A stretch of 56,042 nt of DNA from an uncultured Pseudomonadales bacterium (GTDB taxonomy: Bacteria; Patescibacteriota; Microgenomatia; UBA1400; UBA12108), in the NCBI GenBank assembly GCA_964347565.1, contig CAYFZD010000003.1, forward strand, positions 1-56,042, in the 5' to 3' direction. The notes below the pieces were generated by a model, which did no database searches, had not been told where the DNA came from, and saw nothing but the letters and a program-made list of their open reading frames with translations. The stretch's first letter is position 1. Every line of letters begins with the position of its first letter. Of this stretch, positions 28,026 to 37,342 are shown piece by piece. The position numbers and the translations under genes were made by a program.

Positions 28026-28370
28026 ATGCAACTAAAAACCAAAAAACACGCTCGTCTCACTAGAGTTCGCTCAAGCATTAAGTCTTCTGGTCGTGTGCGC
28101 CTCACCATTTTGCGCAGCAACGAACATATCTGGGCTCAACTAATTGATGACAATAAAGGTGTTACTTTAGCTGCCGTCAATACCAAAGTCCTCAAGGGTA
28201 AAAAGGGAGACACCAAAATCATTCGAGCTGGTTTGGTTGGGACAGAGATCGCTCGACTTGCGCTCGCGCAAAAAATCACCAAAATAGTCTTCGACCGAGG
28301 TTCTTATAAATATCATGGCCGCGTCAAAGCTGTCGCCGAGGCAGCCAGGTCTGCTGGATTGGAGTTTTAA
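28026..28370 (+). CDS. rplR: 50S ribosomal protein L18
   Basis: 114 aa; FDRGSYKYHGRVKAVAEAARSAGLEF. Confidence 0.97.
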   Translation: MQLKTKKHARLTRVRSSIKSSGRVRLTILRSNEHIWAQLIDDNKGVTLAAVNTKVLKGKKGDTKIIRAGLVGTEIARLALAQKITKIVFDRGSYKYHGRVKAVAEAARSAGLEF

Positions 28371-28371
28371 T

Positions 28372-28902
28372 ATGTATAACAATCGATCACAAAACAAAGA
28401 TAGAGCACCCCGCGCTCCCCAAGAGTTTGACGAAAAAGTCATCCGCATTTCTCGCGTTTCCAAGAAAACCAAAGGGGGTAATAACGTCAGTTTCACCGCT
28501 CTTGTAGTGGTTGGAGATCGCAAGGGACGCGTCGGAGTAGCCCTGGGCAAAGCCAAAGACGTCATGAATGCGATCAAAAAAGGTGTCAAACGTGGTAAAA
28601 AGACTGTGATCACCATTCCCCTCGTCGACAATCGCACCATTCCCCACGAACTCCTCGTCAAATACGGTGCTGCGCGTCTCCTCCTCAAACCCGCCCCCGC
28701 CGGAACGGGCGTGATCGCTGGAGGTTCGGTTCGCGCGGTTCTCGAGCTTGCCGGGATCAAAGATGTCGTCTCTAAAATCTTGGGTACGAACAATAAGATG
28801 AGCAATGTGGCGGCCACCTTTGAAGCCCTCAAAATCATGAAAGATACAGTTGCCACCAAAAACGGGCTTGGCCAAACTAGTACTAAGAAGAGTAACAAAT
28901 AA
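28372..28902 (+). CDS. rpsE: 30S ribosomal protein S5
   Basis: ATG at 28372, 1 nt after the rplR stop; RVSKKTKGGNNVSFTALVVVGDRKGRVG, AGTGVIAGGSVRAVLELAGI. Confidence 0.97.
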   Translation: MYNNRSQNKDRAPRAPQEFDEKVIRISRVSKKTKGGNNVSFTALVVVGDRKGRVGVALGKAKDVMNAIKKGVKRGKKTVITIPLVDNRTIPHELLVKYGAARLLLKPAPAGTGVIAGGSVRAVLELAGIKDVVSKILGTNNKMSNVAATFEALKIMKDTVATKNGLGQTSTKKSNK

Positions 28903-28903
28903 T

Positions 28904-29350
28904 ATGAAACTCAACCTACTCCCCAAACTCGTGATCGGCAAAAAGAAACGTCAAGGGCTTGGGTATGGCTCGGGCATTGGTGGTCACACAAGCGGTCGAG
29001 GTCAAAAAGGACAAAAATCTCGCAATGGGGTACGCCTCTCCTTCACGGGCTCCTCTTGGGTTTGGTTCAAACGCTTACCTTTTATGCGCGGCAAGAGTCG
29101 TTTTAACTCTTTTGGCAAGAAAGCCTATATCACCCTCAACGATCTCAACGTCTTCGACAACGGAGAGACTGTGACGACAGAGACTTTGATCCAAAAGAAA
29201 CTGATCTCCAAGAACCAAGTCACCATCACTTCCCTCAAGGTGTTAGGAACTGGAGAGCTCAAGAAAAAACTCATTATTGCCATTCCTGCCACCCTCTCTG
29301 CGCAAAAGGCTATACTAGCAGCCAAGGGGGAGTATCGTGGACAAGCTTAG
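28904..29350 (+). CDS. rplO: 50S ribosomal protein L15
   Basis: [28 protein letters not shown]; ATG 1 nt after the rpsE stop, so there is no room for rpmD. Confidence 0.96.
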   Translation: MKLNLLPKLVIGKKKRQGLGYGSGIGGHTSGRGQKGQKSRNGVRLSFTGSSWVWFKRLPFMRGKSRFNSFGKKAYITLNDLNVFDNGETVTTETLIQKKLISKNQVTITSLKVLGTGELKKKLIIAIPATLSAQKAILAAKGEYRGQA

Positions 29351-30623
29351 AGAGTTATTCTCAACTTTCAAACACAATCCTGAACTTAGGCGCCGACTTC
29401 TTATCACCCTGGGCATCTTAGCCATTTTTCGTTTTGTTACCCACATTCCCGTACCAGGAGTCAATCTAGAGGCTATCCGCAATGTTTTTGCTTCCAATCA
29501 ACTTTTATCCCTCCTTGACGTCTTTTCTGGTGGCACCCTCGCCAACTTCTCTATCCTCGCGCTCGGCCTCAACCCCTACATCAATGCCTCGATCATCATG
29601 CAGCTTATGACCATGATCAATCCCAAGCTCGAGGAAATGCAAAAGGAAGGGGAGTCAGGCCAAAATATCATTAACCAATATACTCGGATGCTCGCGGTCC
29701 CCCTCGCTATCATGCAAAGTGCCGCCATGTTTATGCTCCTCAAAAATAGCAATCTAGTGACTGCCACAGATCCTCTCTCACTGGTTGCGCTCTTAGCCAC
29801 CATGGCTGCTGGGAGCATTTTCCTCATGTGGCTTGGCGAGAACTTGACCGAGTACGGCCTGGGCAACGGCATCTCACTCCTTATTTTTGCCGGGATCGTC
29901 GGGCGACTTCCCGTGACTTTCCTCCAGACTAGTACAATCGCCGCGACTATTAATCCCGCCAACATCGTTGCCTATGCAATCTTGGGATTATTTGTCATCT
30001 ACTCCATCGTCGCGATCGACGAGGCTAAGCGCCAGATTCCCGTCTCCTACTCCAGGCGCATTCGTGGCGGGAAGGAAGCAGGGGGTGGCACGACCTATCT
30101 CCCTATCAAGCTCAACAATGCCGGGGTGATCCCCATCATTTTTGCGATCGCCCTCGTGCTTGCCCCCTCGATGCTTGCCAATCTCCTCAAGGGGGTAGGT
30201 AATTCAGGTATCGCCGCCGCCGCCGCCAGTTTTAGCGCTTGGTTTACCCCTACGTCATTTGTTTATAATCTCTTCTATTTTGTGATGGTTGTAGCCTTCA
30301 CCTATTTCTACACGGCTGTCGTTTTTGATACCGACAAGATTTCTGATCAACTCAAACAAAACGGGGGATATGTGCCCGGAATCAGGCCCGGCAAAGAAAC
30401 GTCTAAATATTTGAGCTACATCGTCAAACGTACTACCCTCGCCGGAGCCATCTTCCTAGGGGCTATCGCCATCCTCCCCAGTATCGTGCAGGGCATGACC
30501 GGCATCACCACCCTCACAATCGGCGGCACCTCGATCCTGATCGTCGTCTCTGTGGTCCTTGAAACCTACCGCAAAACTCAGTCCTACCAGGTCGCCAAAT
30601 CCTACGACTCGTTTATTAGATGA
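29337..30623 (+). CDS. secY: preprotein translocase subunit SecY
   Basis: 428 aa; GTG start; 10-TM profile; [35 protein letters not shown]. Confidence 0.98.
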   Translation: MDKLRELFSTFKHNPELRRRLLITLGILAIFRFVTHIPVPGVNLEAIRNVFASNQLLSLLDVFSGGTLANFSILALGLNPYINASIIMQLMTMINPKLEEMQKEGESGQNIINQYTRMLAVPLAIMQSAAMFMLLKNSNLVTATDPLSLVALLATMAAGSIFLMWLGENLTEYGLGNGISLLIFAGIVGRLPVTFLQTSTIAATINPANIVAYAILGLFVIYSIVAIDEAKRQIPVSYSRRIRGGKEAGGGTTYLPIKLNNAGVIPIIFAIALVLAPSMLANLLKGVGNSGIAAAAASFSAWFTPTSFVYNLFYFVMVVAFTYFYTAVVFDTDKISDQLKQNGGYVPGIRPGKETSKYLSYIVKRTTLAGAIFLGAIAILPSIVQGMTGITTLTIGGTSILIVVSVVLETYRKTQSYQVAKSYDSFIR

Positions 30624-30663
30624 AATATTCTTCGCTAACATTTTCTCTTAGATCATTGGCACG

Positions 30664-30672
30664 TGTTATACT
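30664..30672 (+). promoter_or_regulatory. extended -10 element TGTTATACT upstream of the orphan ORF at 30702
   Basis: Read directly; implies a leader of roughly 20 nt with no obvious Shine-Dalgarno. Confidence 0.4.
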
Positions 30673-30701
30673 ATAAGTTGTTACATTGAATAATAAGTAT
30701 T

Positions 30702-31166
30702 ATGTCGTCCTCCGAAAAATCAGGTTCTATTTGGATACTAGAAAATGGTCCATTAGGGAACATGTTAGAAAATGTACTATTTACTACTGTGTGGTCAGAA
30801 TATCCAGGGATGAATATTGTACCTGTTTTTTCTTTACAAGCCATTCTCAACGTTAACCAGTTGATAGATACTGATGAAGATATACTTACGGCTTTCAACA
30901 GTTTTTGTCTACAAAATAGACTTGACGGCCTCATAGTCGCCATCGCACATATCAATACTGAGAAAGCTCTCGAAGTTGTTGAACAAATAAATGACAAAGG
31001 AGTTCTCGTTACTGCCAGACTACCTTCTCCAGATGTTGATCCGCAGATTGATATGATCAAAACGAAGGCAATGTTAGATAAAAGAAAAATACCTCATATG
31101 GACTCAAATGAACCAGGATACAATCCCTGGGTAGCTCGAAGTATACTGAATATACTAAACACATAA
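30702..31166 (+). CDS. hypothetical protein (154 aa), possibly flavodoxin-like alpha/beta fold; AT-rich orphan
   Basis: Only plausible ORF in the secY-adk gap; A/T-ending codon usage unlike its neighbours; own TGTTATACT promoter element. Confidence 0.55.
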   Translation: MSSSEKSGSIWILENGPLGNMLENVLFTTVWSEYPGMNIVPVFSLQAILNVNQLIDTDEDILTAFNSFCLQNRLDGLIVAIAHINTEKALEVVEQINDKGVLVTARLPSPDVDPQIDMIKTKAMLDKRKIPHMDSNEPGYNPWVARSILNILNT

Positions 31167-31234
31167 CTACTACCGGCCACAACCTTCAAGGTGAGACCTC
31201 GTAGGGGTAGGCTTTCCATCTCACGTGAGTGCGC

Positions 31235-31240
31235 TATAAT
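31235..31240 (+). promoter_or_regulatory. -10 element TATAAT upstream of adk (leadered, AGGAG Shine-Dalgarno at 31263-31267)
   Basis: Read directly. Confidence 0.4.
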
Positions 31241-31275
31241 ATCTTAGTTATCCTTATCTATTAGGAGTTTGTTTT

Positions 31276-31851
31276 ATGTCCAAAAATATCATTTTCTATG
31301 GCCCAGAAGGATCGGGCAAATCTACCCAAGCCAAAATGCTCGCCACTAAACTAGGACTACCTTGTCTCATCTCCGGTGACCTCGTCCGTTGGGGTGCCGA
31401 ATTTGACAAAGGCTTAATTGGCGATACTTGTCGCGAAGCACTCGCCTCTGGTCACTATGTCGCTGACTCTGAGATGTTTGTCCTCTGGAAAGGACGTCTT
31501 AAACAACCAGATACTCAAAATGGCTGGGTCATTGACGGCTTCCCTCGCAACATGACTCAAGCCGAGTTTTTGGCCGACAAACTTAACAAATATGGCAAAA
31601 AAATCGACCTAGTTTTCTACCTCAACGTCAGTGAGGAAGTCAGTATAAACAGACTACTCAAGCGCGCCCGCAAGAATCCCGATGGTTCGATCAACGACAC
31701 CGAGGAAAAGATCAAAACTCGCTTGGCCCTCTACAAATCCCAAGAAGCCGACGTGCTCGCACATTACGGAGGCCAAGGTGTCCTCGTCGAGATCAATGGC
31801 GATCAGGACATCGACGCCATTCATGCCGAGATCGTCTCCAAAGCTGTATGA
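31276..31851 (+). CDS. adk: adenylate kinase, short-LID type
   Basis: P-loop GPEGSGKSTQ, VIDGFPRNMTQAEF; LID region reduced to KRARKNPDGSINDTEE; AGGAG Shine-Dalgarno. Confidence 0.93.
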   Translation: MSKNIIFYGPEGSGKSTQAKMLATKLGLPCLISGDLVRWGAEFDKGLIGDTCREALASGHYVADSEMFVLWKGRLKQPDTQNGWVIDGFPRNMTQAEFLADKLNKYGKKIDLVFYLNVSEEVSINRLLKRARKNPDGSINDTEEKIKTRLALYKSQEADVLAHYGGQGVLVEINGDQDIDAIHAEIVSKAV

Positions 31852-32603
31852 ACCAACTCGACGCGATGAAAATTGGTGGAGCCATGCTCGGCAAGGTTCG
31901 CCAGGCACTCTTCTCTTTTACCCAGGTTGGGGTCACTCCCGCCCAGATCGAATTTAAGGCGCGCGAGCTCATCAAAGCTGAGGGTGCTGAGCTCTCTTTT
32001 ACCAAAGTCCCTGGCTATCGCTGGGCTACATGCATCAATTTGAATGCCGGGATCGTCCACGGCATCCCCACGAGCGAGCTCCCTCTCCAAGACGGAGATC
32101 TTGTGACCGTCGACGTGGGAGTTTTCTATGCTGGCTACCATACCGACGCGGCCTTTTCCAAGGTAGTGGGCACCTCCACCCCCGATAAAGACAAATTCCT
32201 CCAAGCCGGCCTCACAGGATTAAAGCGCGCTATTGACGCAGTCAAGCCAGGCAATCATATAGGGGATATCTCAGAGGCGATGGAGACTACCCTCCAGCAA
32301 TATGGCTACCTGGCCACTCGTGAGCTCACGGGACATGGGGTAGGGAGGGAGCTCCACGAAGATCCCATGATCTCCAATGTCGTTCTCGGTCCCAAGGAGA
32401 AAACTCCCCTGATCAAGGTAGGACAAACCCTCGCGATCGAAATCATCTATGTAGAAGGCAAACCAGCCCTCGTACTCGAGGAAGATGGCTGGACAATCTC
32501 CACCAAAGATGGTACACTTTCAGCCGTACACGAAGAGACCGTCGTCGTCACAGAGGACGGTTGTTCTATTTTGACCACTCCTACATTGTTTCAGATCATT
32601 TAA
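31848..32603 (+). CDS. map: type I methionine aminopeptidase
   Basis: 251 aa; VDVGVFYAGYHTDAA, TGHGVGRELHEDP, AIEIIY..HEETVVVT. Confidence 0.96.
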   Translation: MNQLDAMKIGGAMLGKVRQALFSFTQVGVTPAQIEFKARELIKAEGAELSFTKVPGYRWATCINLNAGIVHGIPTSELPLQDGDLVTVDVGVFYAGYHTDAAFSKVVGTSTPDKDKFLQAGLTGLKRAIDAVKPGNHIGDISEAMETTLQQYGYLATRELTGHGVGRELHEDPMISNVVLGPKEKTPLIKVGQTLAIEIIYVEGKPALVLEEDGWTISTKDGTLSAVHEETVVVTEDGCSILTTPTLFQII

Positions 32604-32605
32604 TC

Positions 32606-32614
32606 TGGTACAAT
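32606..32614 (+). promoter_or_regulatory. extended -10 element TGGTACAAT, 13 nt before the infA ATG (very short leader)
   Basis: Read directly. Confidence 0.4.
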
Positions 32615-32627
32615 ATCTAAATAAATT

Positions 32628-32864
32628 ATGAGTAAAGCGGGCGTTACAGAAAAGATCGGAACTGTGACCCAGGCTTTACCCAATACCATGTTTCGGGTGC
32701 TCCTCGATGAGGGAACCGAAATACTTGCGCATTTGTCTGGCAAAATGCGCATGTTTCGTATTAGTATTATGCCAGGAGACAAGGTCAAGCTCGAGATGAC
32801 GCCCTACGATCTCACCAAAGGTCGTATTACTTATCGCGTACGCGAAGGCCAACCTACAGTATGA
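32628..32864 (+). CDS. infA: translation initiation factor IF-1
   Basis: 78 aa; [37 protein letters not shown]. Confidence 0.98.
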   Translation: MSKAGVTEKIGTVTQALPNTMFRVLLDEGTEILAHLSGKMRMFRISIMPGDKVKLEMTPYDLTKGRITYRVREGQPTV

Positions 32865-32974
32865 AAGTACAAGCATCACTTAGAAAACGCTGCCTCAAGT
32901 GCAAATATGTGCGCCGCAAGGGAGTTTTATTTATCGTGTGCGATAATCCTCGCCACAAACAACGTCAAGGATAA
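32861..32974 (+). CDS. rpmJ: 50S ribosomal protein L36
   Basis: 37-aa ORF absent from the track (below its size cutoff): [37 protein letters not shown]; ATGA overlap with infA. Confidence 0.95.
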   Translation: MKVQASLRKRCLKCKYVRRKGVLFIVCDNPRHKQRQG

Positions 32975-32977
32975 TCT

Positions 32978-33373
32978 ATGCTTCGTCTAGTTGGAATTGA
33001 TTTACCAGAGAATAAGCGTATCGAAGTTGCTTTGACATATGTCTATGGTATTGGCCCCAAAATCTCTCGGATTATTCTCGAAAAAGCTAAGATTGATGTC
33101 AATACTCGCGCCAAAGCTCTCAAAGCCGAAGATGTGGCCAAACTCCAGAAGGTTCTCGAAGAATTCAAAGTAGAGGGAGACCTGCGCAAAGAAATCCGTG
33201 AAAATATTCAGCGTCTCAAACGCATCGGTAGTTATCGCGGTAGCCGTCATTCTGTGGGACTCCCCGTCCATGGTCAACGCACGAGAACTAATGCACGTAC
33301 CCTGCGCGGCAAACGCAAGACCATCGGCGCTATGAAAAAAGAAGATGCCGCCAAAGTAGAGGAAAAGAAATAA
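32978..33373 (+). CDS. rpsM: 30S ribosomal protein S13
   Basis: 131 aa; VGIDLPENKRIEVALTYVYGIG, SYRGSRHSVGLPVHGQRTRTNART. Confidence 0.98.
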   Translation: MLRLVGIDLPENKRIEVALTYVYGIGPKISRIILEKAKIDVNTRAKALKAEDVAKLQKVLEEFKVEGDLRKEIRENIQRLKRIGSYRGSRHSVGLPVHGQRTRTNARTLRGKRKTIGAMKKEDAAKVEEKK

Positions 33374-33374
33374 T

Positions 33375-33746
33375 ATGGCAATACCCAAAAACACCAAGCT
33401 CACCACCGATGGTCGTATCTATATCCTGGCCACCTTCAACAATACAGTAGTGACAGTCACAGATACTTCTGGTAACGTCATGAACTGGAGCTCGACAGGC
33501 AAAGTAGGTTTTAAGGGTTCCAGAAAATCTACTCCATTTGCCGCCACCCAAGCCATCACTGCTGCTGTTGACGGTGCCAAACTCAAGGGTTTGCGTCAGG
33601 CTGCCGTTTATATCAAAGGCCCCGGTCCTGGACGTGACGCTGCCTTACGGGTACTGCGTACGATCGGTATCAAAGTCACTGAAATGCAAGACGTAACACC
33701 TATCCCCCACAACGGGACTAGGGCAAAAAAACCGAGGCACGGCTAA
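33375..33746 (+). CDS. rpsK: 30S ribosomal protein S11
   Basis: 123 aa; NNTVVTVTDTSGNV..FKGSRKSTPFAA, DVTPIPHNGTRAKKPR. Confidence 0.98.
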   Translation: MAIPKNTKLTTDGRIYILATFNNTVVTVTDTSGNVMNWSSTGKVGFKGSRKSTPFAATQAITAAVDGAKLKGLRQAAVYIKGPGPGRDAALRVLRTIGIKVTEMQDVTPIPHNGTRAKKPRHG

Positions 33747-33747
33747 T

Positions 33748-34356
33748 ATGGCAAGATATACTGGTCCTAAAAATAAAAAAGCTCGACGTTTGGGAGTTGA
33801 TTTGGGTCTTAAATCGAACCCCAAGTCACTCGAACGTCGCCTCAGCACGCCACCTGGTGCACACGGACGCAAAGGAACTCGCAAGGTCTCTGACTATGGT
33901 GTCCAACTGGCCGAGAAACAAAAAGCCAAAATTATGTATGGTATCCTCGAGCGTCAATTCAAAAAATACTACCAAGAAGCCTCTCGCAACCCACTTGCTA
34001 CCGGCGAAGTGATGCTTTCACTCCTAGAGAGACGTCTAGATAATTGTATCTATCGTCTAGGTTTTGTTCCCACTCGCTCCTCAGCACGCCAACTAGTTGC
34101 CCACGGCAATGTCACAGTCAATGGTAAAAAACTCAACGTGCCTTCCTACAAAGTCAAAGTAGGCGACGTACTTTCTCTCTCCCAAACCGGTGCCCAGATC
34201 CCCTATATCAAATCTCGTTTGGCGGATAAAGATATCACAGCCGCATCCTGGTTCGACAAAAAAGCCACACTCGGCAAGGTTACTCGCTTACCTGTAAGAA
34301 GCGACATCATTGAGGCTATTAACGAACAATTAATTGTGGAATTTTATTCCCGTTAA
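33748..34356 (+). CDS. rpsD: 30S ribosomal protein S4
   Basis: 202 aa; MARYTGPKNKKARRLG, S4 domain LERRLDNCIYRLGF. Confidence 0.98.
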   Translation: MARYTGPKNKKARRLGVDLGLKSNPKSLERRLSTPPGAHGRKGTRKVSDYGVQLAEKQKAKIMYGILERQFKKYYQEASRNPLATGEVMLSLLERRLDNCIYRLGFVPTRSSARQLVAHGNVTVNGKKLNVPSYKVKVGDVLSLSQTGAQIPYIKSRLADKDITAASWFDKKATLGKVTRLPVRSDIIEAINEQLIVEFYSR

Positions 34357-34383
34357 TACGCTATATAAAACAAAGGGGGTTCT

Positions 34384-35280
34384 ATGCAAGTAATGAATTT
34401 TTCTGTCAACACAATCGAGGAACGCGACAACTATGGTGTCTTCGCTATTGAGCCCCTGGCCAACGGTCTTGGTCATACCTTGGGCAATGCCTTAAGACGC
34501 GTACTCCTTTCTAGTTTCCGTGGAGCGGCTATTACCGACGTCAAAGTCGCTGGTGTCTCCCACAAGTTCTCTACGCTCGCAGGCTTGAGTGAAGATATGA
34601 TCGATTTGATCTTAAATCTCAAATCCATCAAAGTTGCCTATGAGGGAGACGAGCCAGTTGTCGCCAAGCTAAGTCTCAAGGGTCCCAAGGTGGTGACCGG
34701 CAAAGATATCGTCACTCCCGCTAATGTCAAAATCGTGAACAGCAATGCCGTGATCGCCACGCTAGGCAAAGATGCCAAGCTCGATCTAGAACTGACGATC
34801 TCAACAGGCTATGGCTACTCCAGTGCCGAAGAGCGCACCTCTTCCACACTTGGCACTATGGCCATTGATGCCATCTTCTCACCTGTTGAGCGAGTGTCAT
34901 ATAAAGTCGAGGCTACTCGCGTCGGTCGTCGCACCGATTTTGACAAAGTAGTGATGGATATCTACACCGACGGCTCACAATTACCCTCAGTGGTACTCAA
35001 AGAAGCCGCAAGTATCCTAGTCAAAGCATTTGGACAAATTGTAGAGCCCACTATGGTGGAAGACCAGGCTGCTGATGCAACTTCTACTGTTGGGGTCATG
35101 GTTGATGACTTGGGGCTCCCTACGAGAGTAGCCAATGCTCTCAAGACCGCCGGTTACAAAACAGCCGCCGATCTCACCAAAGCCACTGACAAAGATCTCA
35201 AAAATGTCAAAAATTTGGGTGGTAAATCAGTTGGCCTCGTTGATGAGGCACTTAGGTCGAAAGGTTTGAAACGCGCATGA
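34384..35280 (+). CDS. rpoA: DNA-directed RNA polymerase subunit alpha
   Basis: 298 aa; GHTLGNALRRVLLSS; C-terminal domain LGLPTRVANALKTAGYKTAADL. Confidence 0.97.
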   Translation: MQVMNFSVNTIEERDNYGVFAIEPLANGLGHTLGNALRRVLLSSFRGAAITDVKVAGVSHKFSTLAGLSEDMIDLILNLKSIKVAYEGDEPVVAKLSLKGPKVVTGKDIVTPANVKIVNSNAVIATLGKDAKLDLELTISTGYGYSSAEERTSSTLGTMAIDAIFSPVERVSYKVEATRVGRRTDFDKVVMDIYTDGSQLPSVVLKEAASILVKAFGQIVEPTMVEDQAADATSTVGVMVDDLGLPTRVANALKTAGYKTAADLTKATDKDLKNVKNLGGKSVGLVDEALRSKGLKRA

Positions 35281-35780
35281 AAAAACACATTGGTGGATAC
35301 AAACTCAATCGTGATTCTTCCTCGCGCCTCGCGCTCATGAAGAACCTGGTATACAGCCTGATTCAACATGAGGAAATCACGACCACCAAAACCAAAGCGC
35401 GGGCAGTGACTCCAATTTTTGAGAAATTGATTACTCGCGCCAAAGTCGACTCAGTCCAAAACCGACGGATCGTCCAGGCATATGTTCAAGAGAGTAGTCT
35501 AGTCACCAAGTTGTTTGGCGAAATCGCTCCTCGCTACAAGACTATTATGGGAGGATATACCAAATTGACTCCCGTAGGTACTCGTCGCGGCGATAGTGCC
35601 TCTATGGCCAAGCTCGCCCTCACCAAGAAAAAACCAGCTACTACCACCAAAGCCAAGGTCGAAGAGGCCAGTTCACAAAAGAAAGCGACCAAGATCACCG
35701 CCGTGACTCCCGAAAAAGTGACCGCTACCAAGGCCGCTCCAAAAATAGTTAAACGTACGGGTAAAAGGGGTGACAAATGA
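35277..35780 (+). CDS. rplQ: 50S ribosomal protein L17 with Lys/Thr/Ala-rich C-terminal extension
   Basis: 167 aa; GYKLNRDSSSRLALMKNLVYSLIQHEEITTTKTKA; about 50-aa basic tail. Confidence 0.95.
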   Translation: MKKHIGGYKLNRDSSSRLALMKNLVYSLIQHEEITTTKTKARAVTPIFEKLITRAKVDSVQNRRIVQAYVQESSLVTKLFGEIAPRYKTIMGGYTKLTPVGTRRGDSASMAKLALTKKKPATTTKAKVEEASSQKKATKITAVTPEKVTATKAAPKIVKRTGKRGDK

Positions 35781-36193
35781 AAAAAGATACATCCATGGTC
35801 AAATCAGCACAAATCACCAGAGCCTGGCATCTAGTAGACTGTACTGGGGAGACCCTGGGTCGCCTCTCTACTCGCATCGCCACACTCTTGATTGGTAAAG
35901 GCAAATCGAATTACACTCCCCATATGGATATGGGAGATTTTGTCGTAGTCATCAATGCGGGGGATATCAAACTCACGGGCAACAAATTATTAGACAAGCA
36001 ATACTCTCGCCACTCTGGTCATCCCGGCGGTTTCTCTCAAGAGTCAGCCGGCCGTTTACTAGAGAGGGATCCGCGTAAGGTGATTGAACACGCTGTGGGT
36101 GGTATGTTGCCAAAAAATAAGCTCCAGGATCCTCGTATGTCGCGCCTTAAAGTATATAAAGGAAAGGACCATCCACATGAAGCGCAATTCTAG
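35777..36193 (+). CDS. rplM: 50S ribosomal protein L13
   Basis: RAWHLVDCTGETLGRLSTRIATLLIGKGK; ATGA overlap with rplQ (a start at 35795 is also possible). Confidence 0.95.
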   Translation: MKKDTSMVKSAQITRAWHLVDCTGETLGRLSTRIATLLIGKGKSNYTPHMDMGDFVVVINAGDIKLTGNKLLDKQYSRHSGHPGGFSQESAGRLLERDPRKVIEHAVGGMLPKNKLQDPRMSRLKVYKGKDHPHEAQF

Positions 36194-36611
36194 CCCCCCC
36201 TCCTATACCTATGCGGTCGGCCGCCGCAAGACTGCCAATGCTCGTGTCAGGATTTATGCCACAAAAAGTGTTCCGGGAATGGACGGCGTCCAACTCACGA
36301 TCAATGGTAAACCAGCAGAAACATATTTTCCCGGGGAGACCGCCAAGGCCGCCTATCGTAAACCTTTCATTTTGACAGAGACACTGACCAAAATGTCCGC
36401 CTCGGTCGTGGTGGCAGGATCTGGCAAGATGGGTCAGCTCGAGGCTGTCATCCATGGACTCGCTCGCGCCCTCTCCCTGATTGATCCAGCCAAACATCGT
36501 GCAACTCTCAAGTCTGCCGGTCTCTTGACTAGGGACGCCCGTACTCGCCAACGCCGCATGATCGGCACCGGTGGTAAGTCTCGTGCCGCCAAGCAATCCC
36601 CCAAGCGCTAA
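36177..36611 (+). CDS. rpsI: 30S ribosomal protein S9
   Basis: GRRKTANARVRI, GLLTRDARTRQRRMIGTGGKSRAAKQSPKR; ATG at 36177; the track start at 36084 is an overextension. Confidence 0.96.
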   Translation: MKRNSSPPSYTYAVGRRKTANARVRIYATKSVPGMDGVQLTINGKPAETYFPGETAKAAYRKPFILTETLTKMSASVVVAGSGKMGQLEAVIHGLARALSLIDPAKHRATLKSAGLLTRDARTRQRRMIGTGGKSRAAKQSPKR

Positions 36612-36652
36612 TTTTTCAGAATCTGGCTATAGTGGTGAGCGTAGTCGAACCA

Positions 36653-36681
36653 TTGACATTCGGGTAGTGTTTGGGATAAAT
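36653..36681 (+). promoter_or_regulatory. TTGACA-17 nt-ATAAAT promoter, 7 nt before the NYN gene ATG
   Basis: Spacing counted by hand. Confidence 0.5.
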
Positions 36682-36688
36682 TGAAAGT

Positions 36689-37219
36689 ATGGTAAAGAAC
36701 ACTAAAGAAAAAATAGTTTATGCCTTCATCGATAGTCAAAATCTCAATCTTGGTGTCAGATCTCAAGGCTGGACCCTCGACTTCGCCAAGTTCCGTCGGT
36801 ACTTAACTGATAAATATCACGTGGTTAAAGCGTTCTTGTTTATTGGCATGGTCCCCGGTAATGAAATGCTTTACAAATCTCTGAGTCTCGCGGGGTACGT
36901 ATGTATTTTTAAACCCACTCTAGAGCGTAAAGAAGGCAAAAAAACAGTTATCAAGGGGAATGTTGATTCCGAGCTAGTTCTACATACCATGATCGAATAT
37001 GACCACTACGATCAGGCAATCATTGTGTCTGGAGATGGAGATTTTTTCTGCTTAATAGAATATTTAGAAGCAAAGAACAAATTGCTCAAGGTATTGGCAC
37101 CGACTAGACATTATTCTAGTTTACTGAAAAAGTTTAATGATTTTATAGTTAGGATAGATTTGTTGAAAAAAGCACTTGAATATAAAAAGACTGGCATTCG
37201 CGGTCGGTCGAAACCTTAG
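36689..37219 (+). CDS. NYN-domain (LabA/DUF88-like, PIN-fold) protein
   Basis: 176 aa; YAFIDSQNLNLG, GNVDSELVL, AIIVSGDGDFFCLIEYL. Confidence 0.75.
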   Translation: MVKNTKEKIVYAFIDSQNLNLGVRSQGWTLDFAKFRRYLTDKYHVVKAFLFIGMVPGNEMLYKSLSLAGYVCIFKPTLERKEGKKTVIKGNVDSELVLHTMIEYDHYDQAIIVSGDGDFFCLIEYLEAKNKLLKVLAPTRHYSSLLKKFNDFIVRIDLLKKALEYKKTGIRGRSKP

Positions 37220-37342
37220 GCTAGTCCAGTCATCGTGATAAGGTGAGTATAACAAAATATAGCAAAAATGCAACCAAGTCCGATAGTAGGATATACTGAG
37301 ATCAATTAGTCGCAATAAATATTTATTTATAGGAAGGAATAT

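Noticed and set aside
28900-28906. Looked for a hidden rpmD (L30) gene between rpsE and rplO
   Set aside because: Only 1 nt separates the two genes, and no small ORF with an L30-like sequence is nearby. It is therefore reported as an absence, not as a feature.
30671-31060. 129-aa minus-strand ORF antisense to the secY-adk orphan gene
   Set aside because: It has no promoter or Shine-Dalgarno context. It would run convergent into the secY end, and the plus-strand ORF has the promoter element and the longer frame.
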